Assembly (NCBI GenBank): GCA_045863395.1 | Contig: BTVJ01000003.1 | Span: forward strand, 160,001-224,000 | Length of the DNA: 64,000 nt | Source of the DNA: Myxococcales bacterium | GTDB lineage: Bacteria > Myxococcota_A > UBA9042 > JABWCM01 > BTVJ01 | Reading direction: 5' to 3' | Part shown: positions 25,831 to 35,596 of the stretch, in pieces | Layout of the letters: the number at the start of each line of letters is the position of its first letter | Position numbering within the stretch: the stretch's first letter is position 1 | Made by a program: the position numbers and the translations under genes | The notes under the pieces: generated by a model | Told to the model about the DNA's origin: nothing | The model's input: only the letters and a program-made list of their open reading frames with translations | Databases searched by the model: none

Positions 25831-27163
25831 GTGATGCGTCGCCTGACCTGGTTGACACTTCGATATCAATCTGTCTGCGCTTCGTTGCACCGCTCTTGCG
25901 ATCCCTGCGGGCAATTGGACTCTCGACACACCAATATGCTGCAGCATCCGACACTGACATGGCCAGGAGCGCGGGCGAACCCAAGGTCAGATGTGCCAGG
26001 TCTGCGGGAGTCCGTGACCCGCCGCACAGGCCAACCAGTTGAAGCGCGACAGCCCTCGCAAGAGGGGGAGGTACTGAGTTCCCCACCTGGCGTCCGCCGT
26101 GCCACTTGGTCACGTGAAACCGAAACCAGTCGGGGTAGCCATGGAGGCGAGCCATCTCGCGCACGGTGATGCACCGCGGATGAACGTAGTGAATCGGGCG
26201 AGGGCTGGTGAACGCCCCCCGCGCTGAATCGGTACCCGCACGTAGCTTGTTGGAGACGCCGTCAGCGGTGAGCTTGTAGAAGCGGGAAATGGGCTCGACG
26301 GTGCCAGGGGCCGTTGACGCAAAGCGTCTGCGGGAGATCGCCGAGTGCTCGGTACGCATGCTGGATGTCATGGCTGTACAATCCCAGGAGCGTCTGTGGC
26401 CGTCGTGCCAGGAGGAGTCGGAGAGGCACCGAAGCTCTCTGGAATAGAAAGACGCGGGAGGGACAAGCTCGACTTTGACGGTGTCGGAGTCAACGAGATC
26501 GGGAAACAGGTCAGCGTCGGGCAGGTCCGAAAGAGCATCGCTACACGATGGTCCCAGATCCAAGTCCAGGAGCGAGGAGCCGCGTCGTGGCGGCGGTGAG
26601 GAGACAGAGGGTGGGTAGCTGGGCAGGATACAGCCCTTTCGTGCGCCCATCAGAATCAGCCGCTCTCGATCCTGGGGTACGCCATAGGCACAGGCGTTCA
26701 GCACCTGCCACGGCTTTCGCACAATGTATCCATTCCTCTCAAATGCCAGGACCAACTCCTGCAGGAACTCGCGGTGCTCGCCGAGAGTCAGTCCCTTGAC
26801 GTTCTCGAATACGAAGTAAGAGGGTTCCAACTCGAGCACGATCCGTAGAAATTCACGGACGAGCTGGTTTCGGGGATCGTCCAGGGCTCGCTGGCCCATC
26901 AAGGAGAACCCTTGACACGGGGGACCACCAAAGACGACAGCGACGCCGCGCTTCGCCGCGGACGTTCCCGATACGATGTCTGCACCCGAGAGGCCGACGA
27001 TGGAGCGAGGGACAGTCTTGACGTGCGGAAAGTTGTAGTGGTGAACGGCTGCGTGCACGGGGTCCATCTCGACGGCAGCGACGACGTCGAAACCGGCCTG
27101 CTCGAACCCAAGGGACATGCCCCCAGCGCCTGCAAACAGGTCTATCGCAATGGGGCGCATCAT
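25823..27163 (-). CDS. dcm: DNA (cytosine-5)-methyltransferase
   Basis: IDLFAGAGG, GGPPCQGFS, FENVKG, YGVPQDRER, TVREMARLHGYPD, QVGNSVPP. Confidence 0.95.
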   Translation of the reverse strand: MMRPIAIDLFAGAGGMSLGFEQAGFDVVAAVEMDPVHAAVHHYNFPHVKTVPRSIVGLSGADIVSGTSAAKRGVAVVFGGPPCQGFSLMGQRALDDPRNQLVREFLRIVLELEPSYFVFENVKGLTLGEHREFLQELVLAFERNGYIVRKPWQVLNACAYGVPQDRERLILMGARKGCILPSYPPSVSSPPPRRGSSLLDLDLGPSCSDALSDLPDADLFPDLVDSDTVKVELVPPASFYSRELRCLSDSSWHDGHRRSWDCTAMTSSMRTEHSAISRRRFASTAPGTVEPISRFYKLTADGVSNKLRAGTDSARGAFTSPRPIHYVHPRCITVREMARLHGYPDWFRFHVTKWHGGRQVGNSVPPPLARAVALQLVGLCGGSRTPADLAHLTLGSPALLAMSVSDAAAYWCVESPIARRDRKSGATKRRQIDIEVSTRSGDASHG

Positions 27164-27318
27164 ACCTCCCGCCACGGCTGTGATGCCGTGGTGCTCGCTC
27201 AGACGCCCCTCAAGTAGCATGGCTGGGGCTGCTCGTCAAACGTTCAGTGCGACGCGGGCGGCGTCGCGAGCGCGTGGAGCAGGGCCGGCCGGGCGTCCTT
27301 GAGGCCACGTCGCCGGAC

Positions 27319-27842
27319 ATGCACCTCACTCACCCGCTCGTGGGGCCACGGACCCGAAGAAGGCGATCATCCAGGTCAGGACGGAGCCGGTGCCGCCCAA
27401 CGACGGTGAGCTGGGCTTTGTCCGGGACCTGGCGAAGTACCTCGCCACCCGGCCAAGGTTGCTCGAAGGAGCATGGATCCACCTGCTCCGCAACCCGGCG
27501 AAGAGCGGCATCGGCTTCGAGGGCTTCTACCCGGACTTCATCGTATGGGTGGTGCGCGGCGCCGAGCAGTGGGTGATCTTCGTGGACCCGACGGGCCTGT
27601 CGAGGGTGGGCGCCGCGGACTCGAAGTTTCACGCCTGGAAGAAGCTGAAGGAGTTCGAAGCGCGCCACCCGGGCATCCACCTGGACTCGTGGATCGTCTC
27701 GGTCACGCCCAAGGGCGCCCTGGGCTGGGGCGTCACGGACTGCCCGGCGATGCTCGTCCTCTTCAGGGCGGACCCGAGCTACGTGGCTACGCTGTTCGAC
27801 CGGGCGCTGGCGGTGGAGACGGTCGCCGCCCCCGGCGCGTGA
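27319..27842 (+). pseudogene. C-terminal fragment of a type III restriction (Res)-like endonuclease
   Basis: HLTHPL, frameshift, then NDGELGFVRDL..LLRNP..GIGF..FYPDFIVW..FVDPTG; helicase part absent; DPKG motif reads DPTG. Confidence 0.65.
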
Positions 27843-28018
27843 CTCGCTCCGGGACTGACTCCCCCGCCTGCGCCACCTGTGCCACCTGCGCCGCCTGCGC
27901 CACTTGGGTCGCCAGCGGCTCCCGGCCTCCAGCGGTGGACGGGACACGGGCGATGGTGCTGCGAAGGCGCAGAGCCGGTGGGAGCGTCTCGACGCGGGGC
28001 GTCTCCCGGATGGTCGAG

Positions 28019-29191
28019 TCAGTCGGACTCGCCTTCCTGGTCGTCGTCCACTCCAAGCAGCCCCCGAGCGAACTCCCCGTGCTCCTCGTGGTCGACCCAT
28101 CGATGGGCCAGGTCGCGCGCCTCCTCGTGGTGCCCCTGCTCCGAGAGCAACCAGGCCATGGTCAACTCCGCCCCCGGCAGGTGTATCCGAGCCTTCTCGT
28201 CCCCAAGAGGTGCGCGGCAACGCAGAGCGTCGACCAGCGGCCTCACACGGTCCAGCCCCTCCTCGACACGCCCGCACTCCCCCAAGAAGGTCGACAGGTT
28301 GACCACGGTCCAGGGGGCCTCGTCGCTGGCGCTCACCGCCCACCGGAACATGCCCTCGGCCTTGATCGGATCGTCCCCGCGGCGATACAGCATCGCCAGC
28401 TCCGTGTAGAGTTCAGGATCATCGGGGCGGTGTTGGAGCGCCTGTCGGAGCATCTGCACTGCTCGGACGAGGTCGCCCTCATCACGATACCGGCGAGCCT
28501 CGTTGGCTGCTATCTCCCATTCGGCGCGCTGGTCCGTTGCTCCCTCTCCATCCCACTCCGCGACGCCGGTGGACACCAGCGCTTCCTCCCCGCAGTCGCC
28601 CGCAAAGACTCGCTCGACCCACACCATGTCACCACGTTGGACTCCGAGGTGCCCTTGCGCCGGCTGGTTCAGCAGCGTGCCCACCCACAGGTCGCCGAGG
28701 ACCGTCTCCTCCAGCCTGATCCACACGCGCTCGGGCTGGCCGCTCCCTACCGCCAGGATGACCTGCACGTCGTCGGGATACCCATCGGCGCGAAAGCGAT
28801 CAAGCGCCTCCTCCTGGCGGAAGGCCGTGTATCGCGCCGAGTTGTAGTGCGACAGCCAGCCGGGCGGGTCCTCCAACCGAAGCGCCCGCCTCTCGGCGGA
28901 GCGCAGCACCCGCACGGTGTCGGGGTCCCAGCAGCCGAATTGAATGATGAGCATCGTCGTGCCCTGTCTGCCAAACCGCGGTCCCGTGGCCTCGACTCGC
29001 CCACCTGGGCCGATGGTGCAGGCGGTCTCTGCCCACATGCGAAGCCCTGTCAGGTGGTCGGCGAAGATGTACCCCACGAGGGGCACTCCGGGGTTCAGTC
29101 CTGCCTCGGGTACGGGCCTCAGGAGTTCAGGCACGAGCACCCACTGCTCGAAGGTCGTGGCCGGAATTCCAGCGAGTCGGCGTCTATCCAT
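28019..29191 (-). CDS. Hypothetical protein with DUF2314-like segment and TPR repeats
   Basis: GAGGAG RBS; PERVWIRL..GTLLNQP..GVQRGDMV; TPR helices (LRQALQHRPDDPELYTELAMLY). Confidence 0.6.
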   Translation of the reverse strand: MDRRRLAGIPATTFEQWVLVPELLRPVPEAGLNPGVPLVGYIFADHLTGLRMWAETACTIGPGGRVEATGPRFGRQGTTMLIIQFGCWDPDTVRVLRSAERRALRLEDPPGWLSHYNSARYTAFRQEEALDRFRADGYPDDVQVILAVGSGQPERVWIRLEETVLGDLWVGTLLNQPAQGHLGVQRGDMVWVERVFAGDCGEEALVSTGVAEWDGEGATDQRAEWEIAANEARRYRDEGDLVRAVQMLRQALQHRPDDPELYTELAMLYRRGDDPIKAEGMFRWAVSASDEAPWTVVNLSTFLGECGRVEEGLDRVRPLVDALRCRAPLGDEKARIHLPGAELTMAWLLSEQGHHEEARDLAHRWVDHEEHGEFARGLLGVDDDQEGESD

Positions 29192-29493
29192 CACCATCTC
29201 CTCGGGCACGGTTGAATCGCCCCCACGCGCAGAACCTATCACATCTGACTCCGGAGGATGTGCATTCCTTGCGCCAGCGTGGCGCCGGCGGTGGTCGACG
29301 ACGGGCCGCCGTACGCAGGAGGTGCGCATCTTCGCGCGACGCCTCGTGCCATCGCCCGGGTCTGCGGCCGGCGCGGTCAGGCGGCGATGCCTGCCCGCCG
29401 CAGCGCCTGAGTGGAGCCGTCCACGTCTTGTAGAGTCGCGACCGCGAGGCTCCCCCTGCCGTTGGGCTTGTCGTCGCTTCGGGCACCACGGGG

Positions 29494-29537
29494 TGGCGCG
29501 GAGTCGCTGGCATCATCGCGAACGGCGGGGCCCCGAC
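29494..29537. repeat. 44 bp dispersed direct repeat, copy 2
   Basis: TGGCGCGGAGTCGCTGGCATCATCGCGAACGGCGGGGCCCCGAC. Confidence 0.9.
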
Positions 29538-29557
29538 CGCGCGACACCCCCACCCGG

Positions 29558-30985
29558 TCACCGCTCCCAGAACCAGGCGGAAAGCGCCGCTGTGGCGAGC
29601 GCGTCCAGCGTGAAGATGTGGGGGGCGGCGGTGGGGAGGAGCGCGCAGGCCACCGCCCCGACGAGCTGGATGCCAGCGACGAGGCCGAGCCAGCGGGCCT
29701 CCCGGCTCGTGGCGCCGACCGCGAGGGCGCCGGTGAGCAGGAGATCGGCCGCGAGGACGTAGGCGTGGCTCGTGCCGAGGCGGAGGGCTATCAGGCGGTT
29801 CACCAGCATCAGCCAGGCCATGCCGAGCCCCACGACGGCGACGCGGCGGTTGATGGCGTTGCGTGCCAGGGAGCGGCGGCCGAGCCAGGCGGCGCCGGTC
29901 AGCCCGAGGGCCGCCGCGAGGGCAGGGGGGAGGAGGCCGCCCGGCGTCGCCTCCGGGCGGAAGGTGCCCGTCAGCATCAGGGCCTCCATGGTCCCGGCCA
30001 GCGCGACGATGACTGCGAGGAGCACGCGCCGCTGCCGGCGCCCGACCTCCAGGTCGAAGCGGTCGTCCCCCGCCGCGCGCTCTATGGCGTTGAGACAGGC
30101 GTCCAGGCTCGGATAGCGCTCGGATGGACTGACCCGGAGGCCCCGCGCCAGCGCGTCGAGCACCCGGCGCCGCCAGCCGGTCTCCGTCGTAGATTTGGGG
30201 CCCGCCTCCATGGACTGGCGCAGGGTCCGCAGGTCCTGCCCGGGGAACGGGCGCTCGCCGGCCAGCGCCTCCCACAGAGACACGCAGAAGGCGAACTGGT
30301 CGGCGGCGGGGCCTACCTCCGAGGAGTCAATCTGCTCCGGGGCCATGTACGCCGGTGTCCCCATGATTGCGCCGGCGACTGTCAGCTCGCTGTCGAGGGA
30401 CACGGGACCCGAGATCAGGGAGTCCAGACCCACCTGGGAGTCGCCCGCGGCTCGCGCCAGGCCGAAGTCCAGCAGGCGCACGCGCCCGTCGCGGTCCACG
30501 AAGACATTGTCCGCCTTGAAGTCCCGGTGGACGAGCCCCACCCGGTGGGCCTCGGCGAGCCCCCGCCCGGCCTCGATCCAGGCGCAGATCACCTCGCGGG
30601 CGGGGCGGCCCTTGTGCCAGGACTTGAGGGTCTCCCCCGCCAGGTACTCCATGGCCAGGTAGACGTGGCCCTCGTGCTCGCCGACGTCGTGGACAGCGAC
30701 CACGTTGGGGTGCTGGAGCCTGGCCAGCGCCTGGGCCTCGCGCAAGAGCCGCGCCCGCCCCTCCGTCCCGCCTCCCTGGTTCGCCAGCAGCTTGACCGCA
30801 ACGGGCCGGCCGAGCAGCGGGTCCTGCGCCAGGTACACGACCCCCATGCCGCCCCGGCCCAGCTCCCGCTCCACCACGAAGCGCCCGATGGTGGACGGCG
30901 TCTCCGCCTCGACGGGCTCGCCACCCTGCGACGGCGCCATGGTGGCGGTGCGCTCGAAGGCCTCTGGGTCGCCGTGGGTGGACAT
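29558..30985 (-). CDS. Ser/Thr protein kinase with C-terminal multi-TM domain
   Basis: LGRGGMGVVY, VAVKLL, HRDFKADN, DFGLA, GTPAYMAPEQ; several TM helices. Start 30985-30997. Confidence 0.92.
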   Translation of the reverse strand: MSTHGDPEAFERTATMAPSQGGEPVEAETPSTIGRFVVERELGRGGMGVVYLAQDPLLGRPVAVKLLANQGGGTEGRARLLREAQALARLQHPNVVAVHDVGEHEGHVYLAMEYLAGETLKSWHKGRPAREVICAWIEAGRGLAEAHRVGLVHRDFKADNVFVDRDGRVRLLDFGLARAAGDSQVGLDSLISGPVSLDSELTVAGAIMGTPAYMAPEQIDSSEVGPAADQFAFCVSLWEALAGERPFPGQDLRTLRQSMEAGPKSTTETGWRRRVLDALARGLRVSPSERYPSLDACLNAIERAAGDDRFDLEVGRRQRRVLLAVIVALAGTMEALMLTGTFRPEATPGGLLPPALAAALGLTGAAWLGRRSLARNAINRRVAVVGLGMAWLMLVNRLIALRLGTSHAYVLAADLLLTGALAVGATSREARWLGLVAGIQLVGAVACALLPTAAPHIFTLDALATAALSAWFWER

Positions 30986-31017
30986 GGGCGGCATCATTGC
31001 TGCGGTGGGGACGTGGG

Positions 31018-32430
31018 TCAAGGGCGTCGTGGCTCGACCGGGGGGCGCTCGCGCGTGGGGCTCTCCAGGGCGCGAAACCGGGCCTCCGCCTCGCGCGCCT
31101 CGGTGCGGTGGTCCACCAGCGGCTGCGGGTAGCGCAGCCCTGGTGGGCGCTTGCGCTCGAGGCCGTGGATCTCCTCCGAGGTCAGCGCTGCCAGCTCCGG
31201 GACCCAGCGCTTGATGTACGCGCAGTCGGGGTCGAAGCGCGTCCCCTGGGTCCAGGGGTTGAACACGCGGAAGAAGGGCTGGGCGTCGGCCCCCGTGGAC
31301 GCGACCCACTGCCAGTTGCCGTTGTTGACGCACGGGTCGTAGTCCACGAGGTGCCGCGCGAAGTGCTGCTCGCCGTGGCGCCAGTGGAGGTGGAGGTCCT
31401 TGACGAGGAAGGACGCGGTGATCATGCGGGCGCGGTTGTGCATGAAGCCCGTCGCGGCGAGCTCCCGCATGCCCGCGTCCACGATGGGGAAGCCGGTGCG
31501 CCCCGCGGCCCACGCCTCCAGCAGGTCGGGCGCCTCGTCCCAGGCGACGGCGTCCAGCTCGCGCCGCCAGGCACCCTCGAAGACGCGGGGGTGAGAGAAG
31601 GCGAGCTGCGTGAAGAAGTCGCGCCAGTGGAGCTGGCGCAGAAGCGGGTGATCGGCGCCGAGGGCCTTCGCGACGGCGTGCCAGGCCTCCCGGGCGGAGA
31701 TTGCCCCCGTCTTGAGGTGCGCCGACAGGCGGGTCGAGTCCACCGCCGGAAGGTCGCGGTCCGCCGCGTACCCGGCGTGGTCGGGCAGGCTGGCGATGGC
31801 ACGCAGGGCCTCCGTGCGCCCGCCGCGCACCGCCAGCGGACGCTCGGGGAGCCGGGCGGCCGCGAAGCCGGGCGGCGCCTCGAAGGGCAGGGGAGGGGCG
31901 ACCAGGCGCCCTTCTGGCGGGAGTCCTCGGGGCGCGGGGACGGGTCGCTGGCTCGCCGCCCGGTGATAGGGCGTGAAGACGCGGTAGGGGCGCCCGCCGG
32001 TCAGGATCGTGCCGGGAGCGTGGAGCAGCGCGTCCGCGTGGACCAGGAGCGGCGCGCCGACCTCCTCGCACCGCCGCTCGATCAGCGCGTCACGGCGCAT
32101 GGCGAAGGGCGTGTGGTCGGCGTTCGCGAACACCGCCTCGACGCCGGCCTCGCGGACGAGGCGCTCGGCCACCTCCTCCGGAGGACCGACGAAGCGCAGC
32201 AGGCGCGCGCCGAGGGGGCGGAGCTGCCGATCCAGGTCGTCGATGGCCTCGAGGTGCACCAGCAGGGCATTGCGGGCGAACCACGGCGCCGTGGGGTCGA
32301 GCTGGCGCGGGTCGAAGACGAAGCACGGCAGGACCTCCCCGGAGGCCTCGAGCGCCTCCAGGAGCCCCGTGTTGTCGTGCAGGCGCAGGTCTCGCCGGAA
32401 CAGGAAGGCGGCGCGGCGAAAGCGGGTCAT
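31018..32430 (-). CDS. phrB: Deoxyribodipyrimidine photolyase (class I)
   Basis: FRRDLRLHDNTGL, TRLSAHLKTG, QLHWRDF, GRTGFPIVDAGMREL..GFMHNRARM, DYD..NNGNWQW, RVFNP. Confidence 0.95.
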   Translation of the reverse strand: MTRFRRAAFLFRRDLRLHDNTGLLEALEASGEVLPCFVFDPRQLDPTAPWFARNALLVHLEAIDDLDRQLRPLGARLLRFVGPPEEVAERLVREAGVEAVFANADHTPFAMRRDALIERRCEEVGAPLLVHADALLHAPGTILTGGRPYRVFTPYHRAASQRPVPAPRGLPPEGRLVAPPLPFEAPPGFAAARLPERPLAVRGGRTEALRAIASLPDHAGYAADRDLPAVDSTRLSAHLKTGAISAREAWHAVAKALGADHPLLRQLHWRDFFTQLAFSHPRVFEGAWRRELDAVAWDEAPDLLEAWAAGRTGFPIVDAGMRELAATGFMHNRARMITASFLVKDLHLHWRHGEQHFARHLVDYDPCVNNGNWQWVASTGADAQPFFRVFNPWTQGTRFDPDCAYIKRWVPELAALTSEEIHGLERKRPPGLRYPQPLVDHRTEAREAEARFRALESPTRERPPVEPRRP

Positions 32431-32521
32431 GTGCTCGGTGCCTCCGTCACTGGGGCCGCGCCAGCCTGCGCGCCGCCCCGCTCATGCACGGATCTTGGCC
32501 CCGCGGCTGCGCGGCCAGGCC

Positions 32522-35500
32522 CTACCAGTGGTCGGGCCCCAGCACCCCGTCGAGGGTGAGCCCGTGGGTCGTCTCGACTCCGCGAACCAGCGCGTCCAGG
32601 TCCTCCGGGAGCGGACGCGCCGACCACAGGCGCGCCGTGCCGTCCCAGGCGGCCGTCACGAGCGTCTGCTGCGGGAGCCACTCCACGAAGGCCACCCGCT
32701 CGTCGTGGCCTCGGAGGCGCAGGCGCAGCTCCCCGGTGCGCCCATCGAGCACGTCGGCGGTGCCGTCCGCCCTCGCGAGCGCCACCAGGGCGCCGTCGTC
32801 GCTCAGGGCGACGTCCAGGATGCCCTGGCCGGCTTCCACGGCGAGCTCGGGGCCGCCGACGAGCGTGAGTCGTCGCGCCGTGACCACCGCGACCCGCGCC
32901 CCCCCACGCGACAGGTGGACGGCGACGGCGTCCGGGACCCTGAGCAGTGGGTGGCGCTGCGGCCCCTCACCGGCCCGCATCAGCTCCACCAGGCCGTCCT
33001 TTCGCAGCAGGACGGCGGCGTCGCCGTGCGCGTCCGCCTCCAGGTCCCGATAGGCCTCCTGCGTCGTGTAGCCCGGCAGCCGCCGCCCGGTCGCGTCCCA
33101 CGCCACCGGGCTCGTGTCATAGGTGATCCCGAGCGCGGTCCCGTCGCGGAGGGTGGCGACCCGTGCCATGGGCTCGATGGCCAGCTCGGCGGTGCGCTCC
33201 CAGGTGGTCGTGTCGTAGGCGAGCCCCCCCGGCGTCGCTGCGCAGGCCAGGAGGAGCCGGCGACCGTCCCGGCTGAAGGCCGCGCGCTTGACGACCACGT
33301 CGCCGGCGGCGCGCGCCCCGTACACCAGGGTGGCTCGGGTCACCCCGGCCCGATCCACGACGGTGACCTTGCCGTCGCCGCGGGTCAGCGCGAGCAGCGA
33401 GCCGTCCGGGCTCGGCGTGGCGCCGGTGAGGCCGACGCCTTGCGCCTGCGCGAGGCGGTTGGGGCCGAGGTCCTCGGGGAGGGCGAAGCGCCGGAGCCGC
33501 TCGCCGGCCGTGACCACCGCGTCTCCGTCTCCCGCGAAGGTCGCCGCATCGCCGGCAGACGCCGCCAGCCGCCCCAGCGACGCTCCGCTCGCCGGTGACC
33601 ACAGCGCCGGCCCGCCCCGGTCGAGCACCACGATGGCGCGCCGCCCGTCCGGCGAGAGGACGACGCGCTGCACGTTGTCCGTGCCCATGGAGGCGGTGAC
33701 GCCAGCGCTCCCGTCCGCGCCGATCACCCCGATGCTCCCCTTGCTCGTTCCGGCGATGAGCGTCTCCCCGTCCTTCGAGACCGCAATGGCGCTGATCACA
33801 CCGACGAGGCCGAGCGGCCCCGACACCACGGGTTGCGGGAGGCGCCCCGTCCACCGCGCGATGCTGCCGTCGATGCACGCGACGACCGCGCCGCCGTGGG
33901 GGTGCCCGGCGATGGCGGAGGCGGTGGAGTCCGTCGCGCAGGCGGGGACCGCGATGGACGCCCCACCCTCGTCGAACAGCTCGATGGCGTTGGCGGAGAG
34001 CAGCACCGCGTGGCTCCCGTCGGACGCGAGCGCCAGGCCGTAGGGGCGTTGGGCCCGGAGCTCCTCCGCGCCCGTGGCGAGGGAGCGCAGCACCAGCTCG
34101 CCGCCGCGGGTCAGGGTGGCGAGGTGGCGGTCGCCGACCACGACCGCCGAGGTCGCCGCCTCCGCCGCCCGCCACCGCTCACGCGGCACCCCGCGCGTAT
34201 CCCAGACCTCCAGGTGGTCGGGCGCCAGGCAGGCCCCCGTCCCCTCGCCGAGCACCCACCGGTGGCAGGACATGGGCAGGTCCAGCTCCACCGTTGGATG
34301 GCCGGACGCCCCGGTCGCGGCGAGGAGGCCTGCTGCCTCGGGGCCAGGGCGCAGGCGCAGGGCGTGGGCCGCCAACACCTCCAGCTCGGGGCGGGCGTCA
34401 GCCGCGAGCGCCACCCGGGCCTGCTGGACCAGGGCCGCCGCCAGGTTGCGGGAGGCGCGCTCCCTCGCCTCCACGGCCTCTCCCTCCGCGTGCTGCGCGG
34501 CGCTGCGCTCCTGCACCACCCTCATGGTGGCCAGCGCGCCCAGCACCCCCAGGATCACGAGCGCCCCCGCTGCGACCGCGAGGGGCGCACGCCAGGCCCG
34601 CACCAGCCGGCGGAGCAGGTCCCACGCGGAGTAGCGGTGGGCCGCGACCCGCCTGCCCTCCAGAAAGCCGCGGACGTCGTCGAGCAGCGTCGCGGCCGTC
34701 TGGTAGCGCCGGTCGGGCTCCGCGGCCATGGCGCGCTCCAGGATGGCGAGGAGCTCCGGTGGGGCCTCTGGCACGTCGGCGCGGAGGCGACCGGCGCCCT
34801 CCCCGGGGAGGGGCGCGCGGCCCGCGATCAGGTGGAACAGCGTGGCGCCGAGCCCGTAGACGTCCGAGCGGGCGTCCGCGGCGCGTCCGTCCGCCTGCTC
34901 CGGGCTCATGTAGGCCGGCGTGCCGAGGATGGCGCCGGCGACGGTGGCGTGGGGCGCTGGAGCGACCGCGGTCCACCCCAGCTCCGCCTCCCCGTCCATG
35001 CGCGCGAGGCCCCAGTCGACGACCTGCGTCTCGCCGAACTCCCCCACCATCACATTGGCCGGCTTGAGGTCCCTGTGGACGATCCCCAGGTGGTGGGCGT
35101 AGGCCAGTGCCTCGCACGTCGCCAGGTAGTGGCGGAGGAGCCCGAGGCGAGCGCCGAGGCTCTCTGTGGCGCCGATGGCGTCCTCCAGCGACCGCCCCCG
35201 CACCAGACGCATGACGTACCACGGGCGCCCCGACGGGCTCTCCCCCGCGTCGTAGACCGGGACGATGGCCGGGTGCTCCAGCAGGGCGGCGATGCGTGCC
35301 TCGCGGTTGAGCCGGGCGTCGGCGCTGCCGGGGTCTGCCGCCGGGTGGGCCTCCTTGAGCGCCACGTCGCGACCGAGGCGTGCGTCGCGGGCCACGAGCA
35401 CGCGGCCCATGCCGCCCGCGCCCAGGAGGGACCGCCGCTCGTAGCGACCGTCCTCTGCTGCCGGTCCCGGCGCCGAAGCCCACCCGACGTCGGCGACGCT

Positions 35501-35590
35501 CCACAGGGGCGCGCTGTGCGGCGCGGCGCCCGCCTCACCCCGAGGTGCGACTTCCCCAGGGCGCCCGGACTCGGTGTTGTCGCGGCCCAC
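32522..35590 (-). CDS. Ser/Thr kinase with TM helix and WD40 beta-propeller
   Basis: LGAGGMGRV, VALK, HRDLKPANV, VDWGLA, GTPAYMSPEQ; ends GHDERVAFVEW..LVTAAWDGTARLW. Confidence 0.92.
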   Translation of the reverse strand: MGRDNTESGRPGEVAPRGEAGAAPHSAPLWSVADVGWASAPGPAAEDGRYERRSLLGAGGMGRVLVARDARLGRDVALKEAHPAADPGSADARLNREARIAALLEHPAIVPVYDAGESPSGRPWYVMRLVRGRSLEDAIGATESLGARLGLLRHYLATCEALAYAHHLGIVHRDLKPANVMVGEFGETQVVDWGLARMDGEAELGWTAVAPAPHATVAGAILGTPAYMSPEQADGRAADARSDVYGLGATLFHLIAGRAPLPGEGAGRLRADVPEAPPELLAILERAMAAEPDRRYQTAATLLDDVRGFLEGRRVAAHRYSAWDLLRRLVRAWRAPLAVAAGALVILGVLGALATMRVVQERSAAQHAEGEAVEARERASRNLAAALVQQARVALAADARPELEVLAAHALRLRPGPEAAGLLAATGASGHPTVELDLPMSCHRWVLGEGTGACLAPDHLEVWDTRGVPRERWRAAEAATSAVVVGDRHLATLTRGGELVLRSLATGAEELRAQRPYGLALASDGSHAVLLSANAIELFDEGGASIAVPACATDSTASAIAGHPHGGAVVACIDGSIARWTGRLPQPVVSGPLGLVGVISAIAVSKDGETLIAGTSKGSIGVIGADGSAGVTASMGTDNVQRVVLSPDGRRAIVVLDRGGPALWSPASGASLGRLAASAGDAATFAGDGDAVVTAGERLRRFALPEDLGPNRLAQAQGVGLTGATPSPDGSLLALTRGDGKVTVVDRAGVTRATLVYGARAAGDVVVKRAAFSRDGRRLLLACAATPGGLAYDTTTWERTAELAIEPMARVATLRDGTALGITYDTSPVAWDATGRRLPGYTTQEAYRDLEADAHGDAAVLLRKDGLVELMRAGEGPQRHPLLRVPDAVAVHLSRGGARVAVVTARRLTLVGGPELAVEAGQGILDVALSDDGALVALARADGTADVLDGRTGELRLRLRGHDERVAFVEWLPQQTLVTAAWDGTARLWSARPLPEDLDALVRGVETTHGLTLDGVLGPDHW

Positions 35591-35596
35591 GGGGGC

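Noticed and set aside
27864..27910. 9 bp microrepeat GCCACCTG(C/T)
   Set aside because: Short, degenerate and intergenic; no support for function.
30998..32071. Kinase ORF extension (837 aa version)
   Set aside because: Overlaps the photolyase out of frame; Arg/Pro-rich with no motifs.
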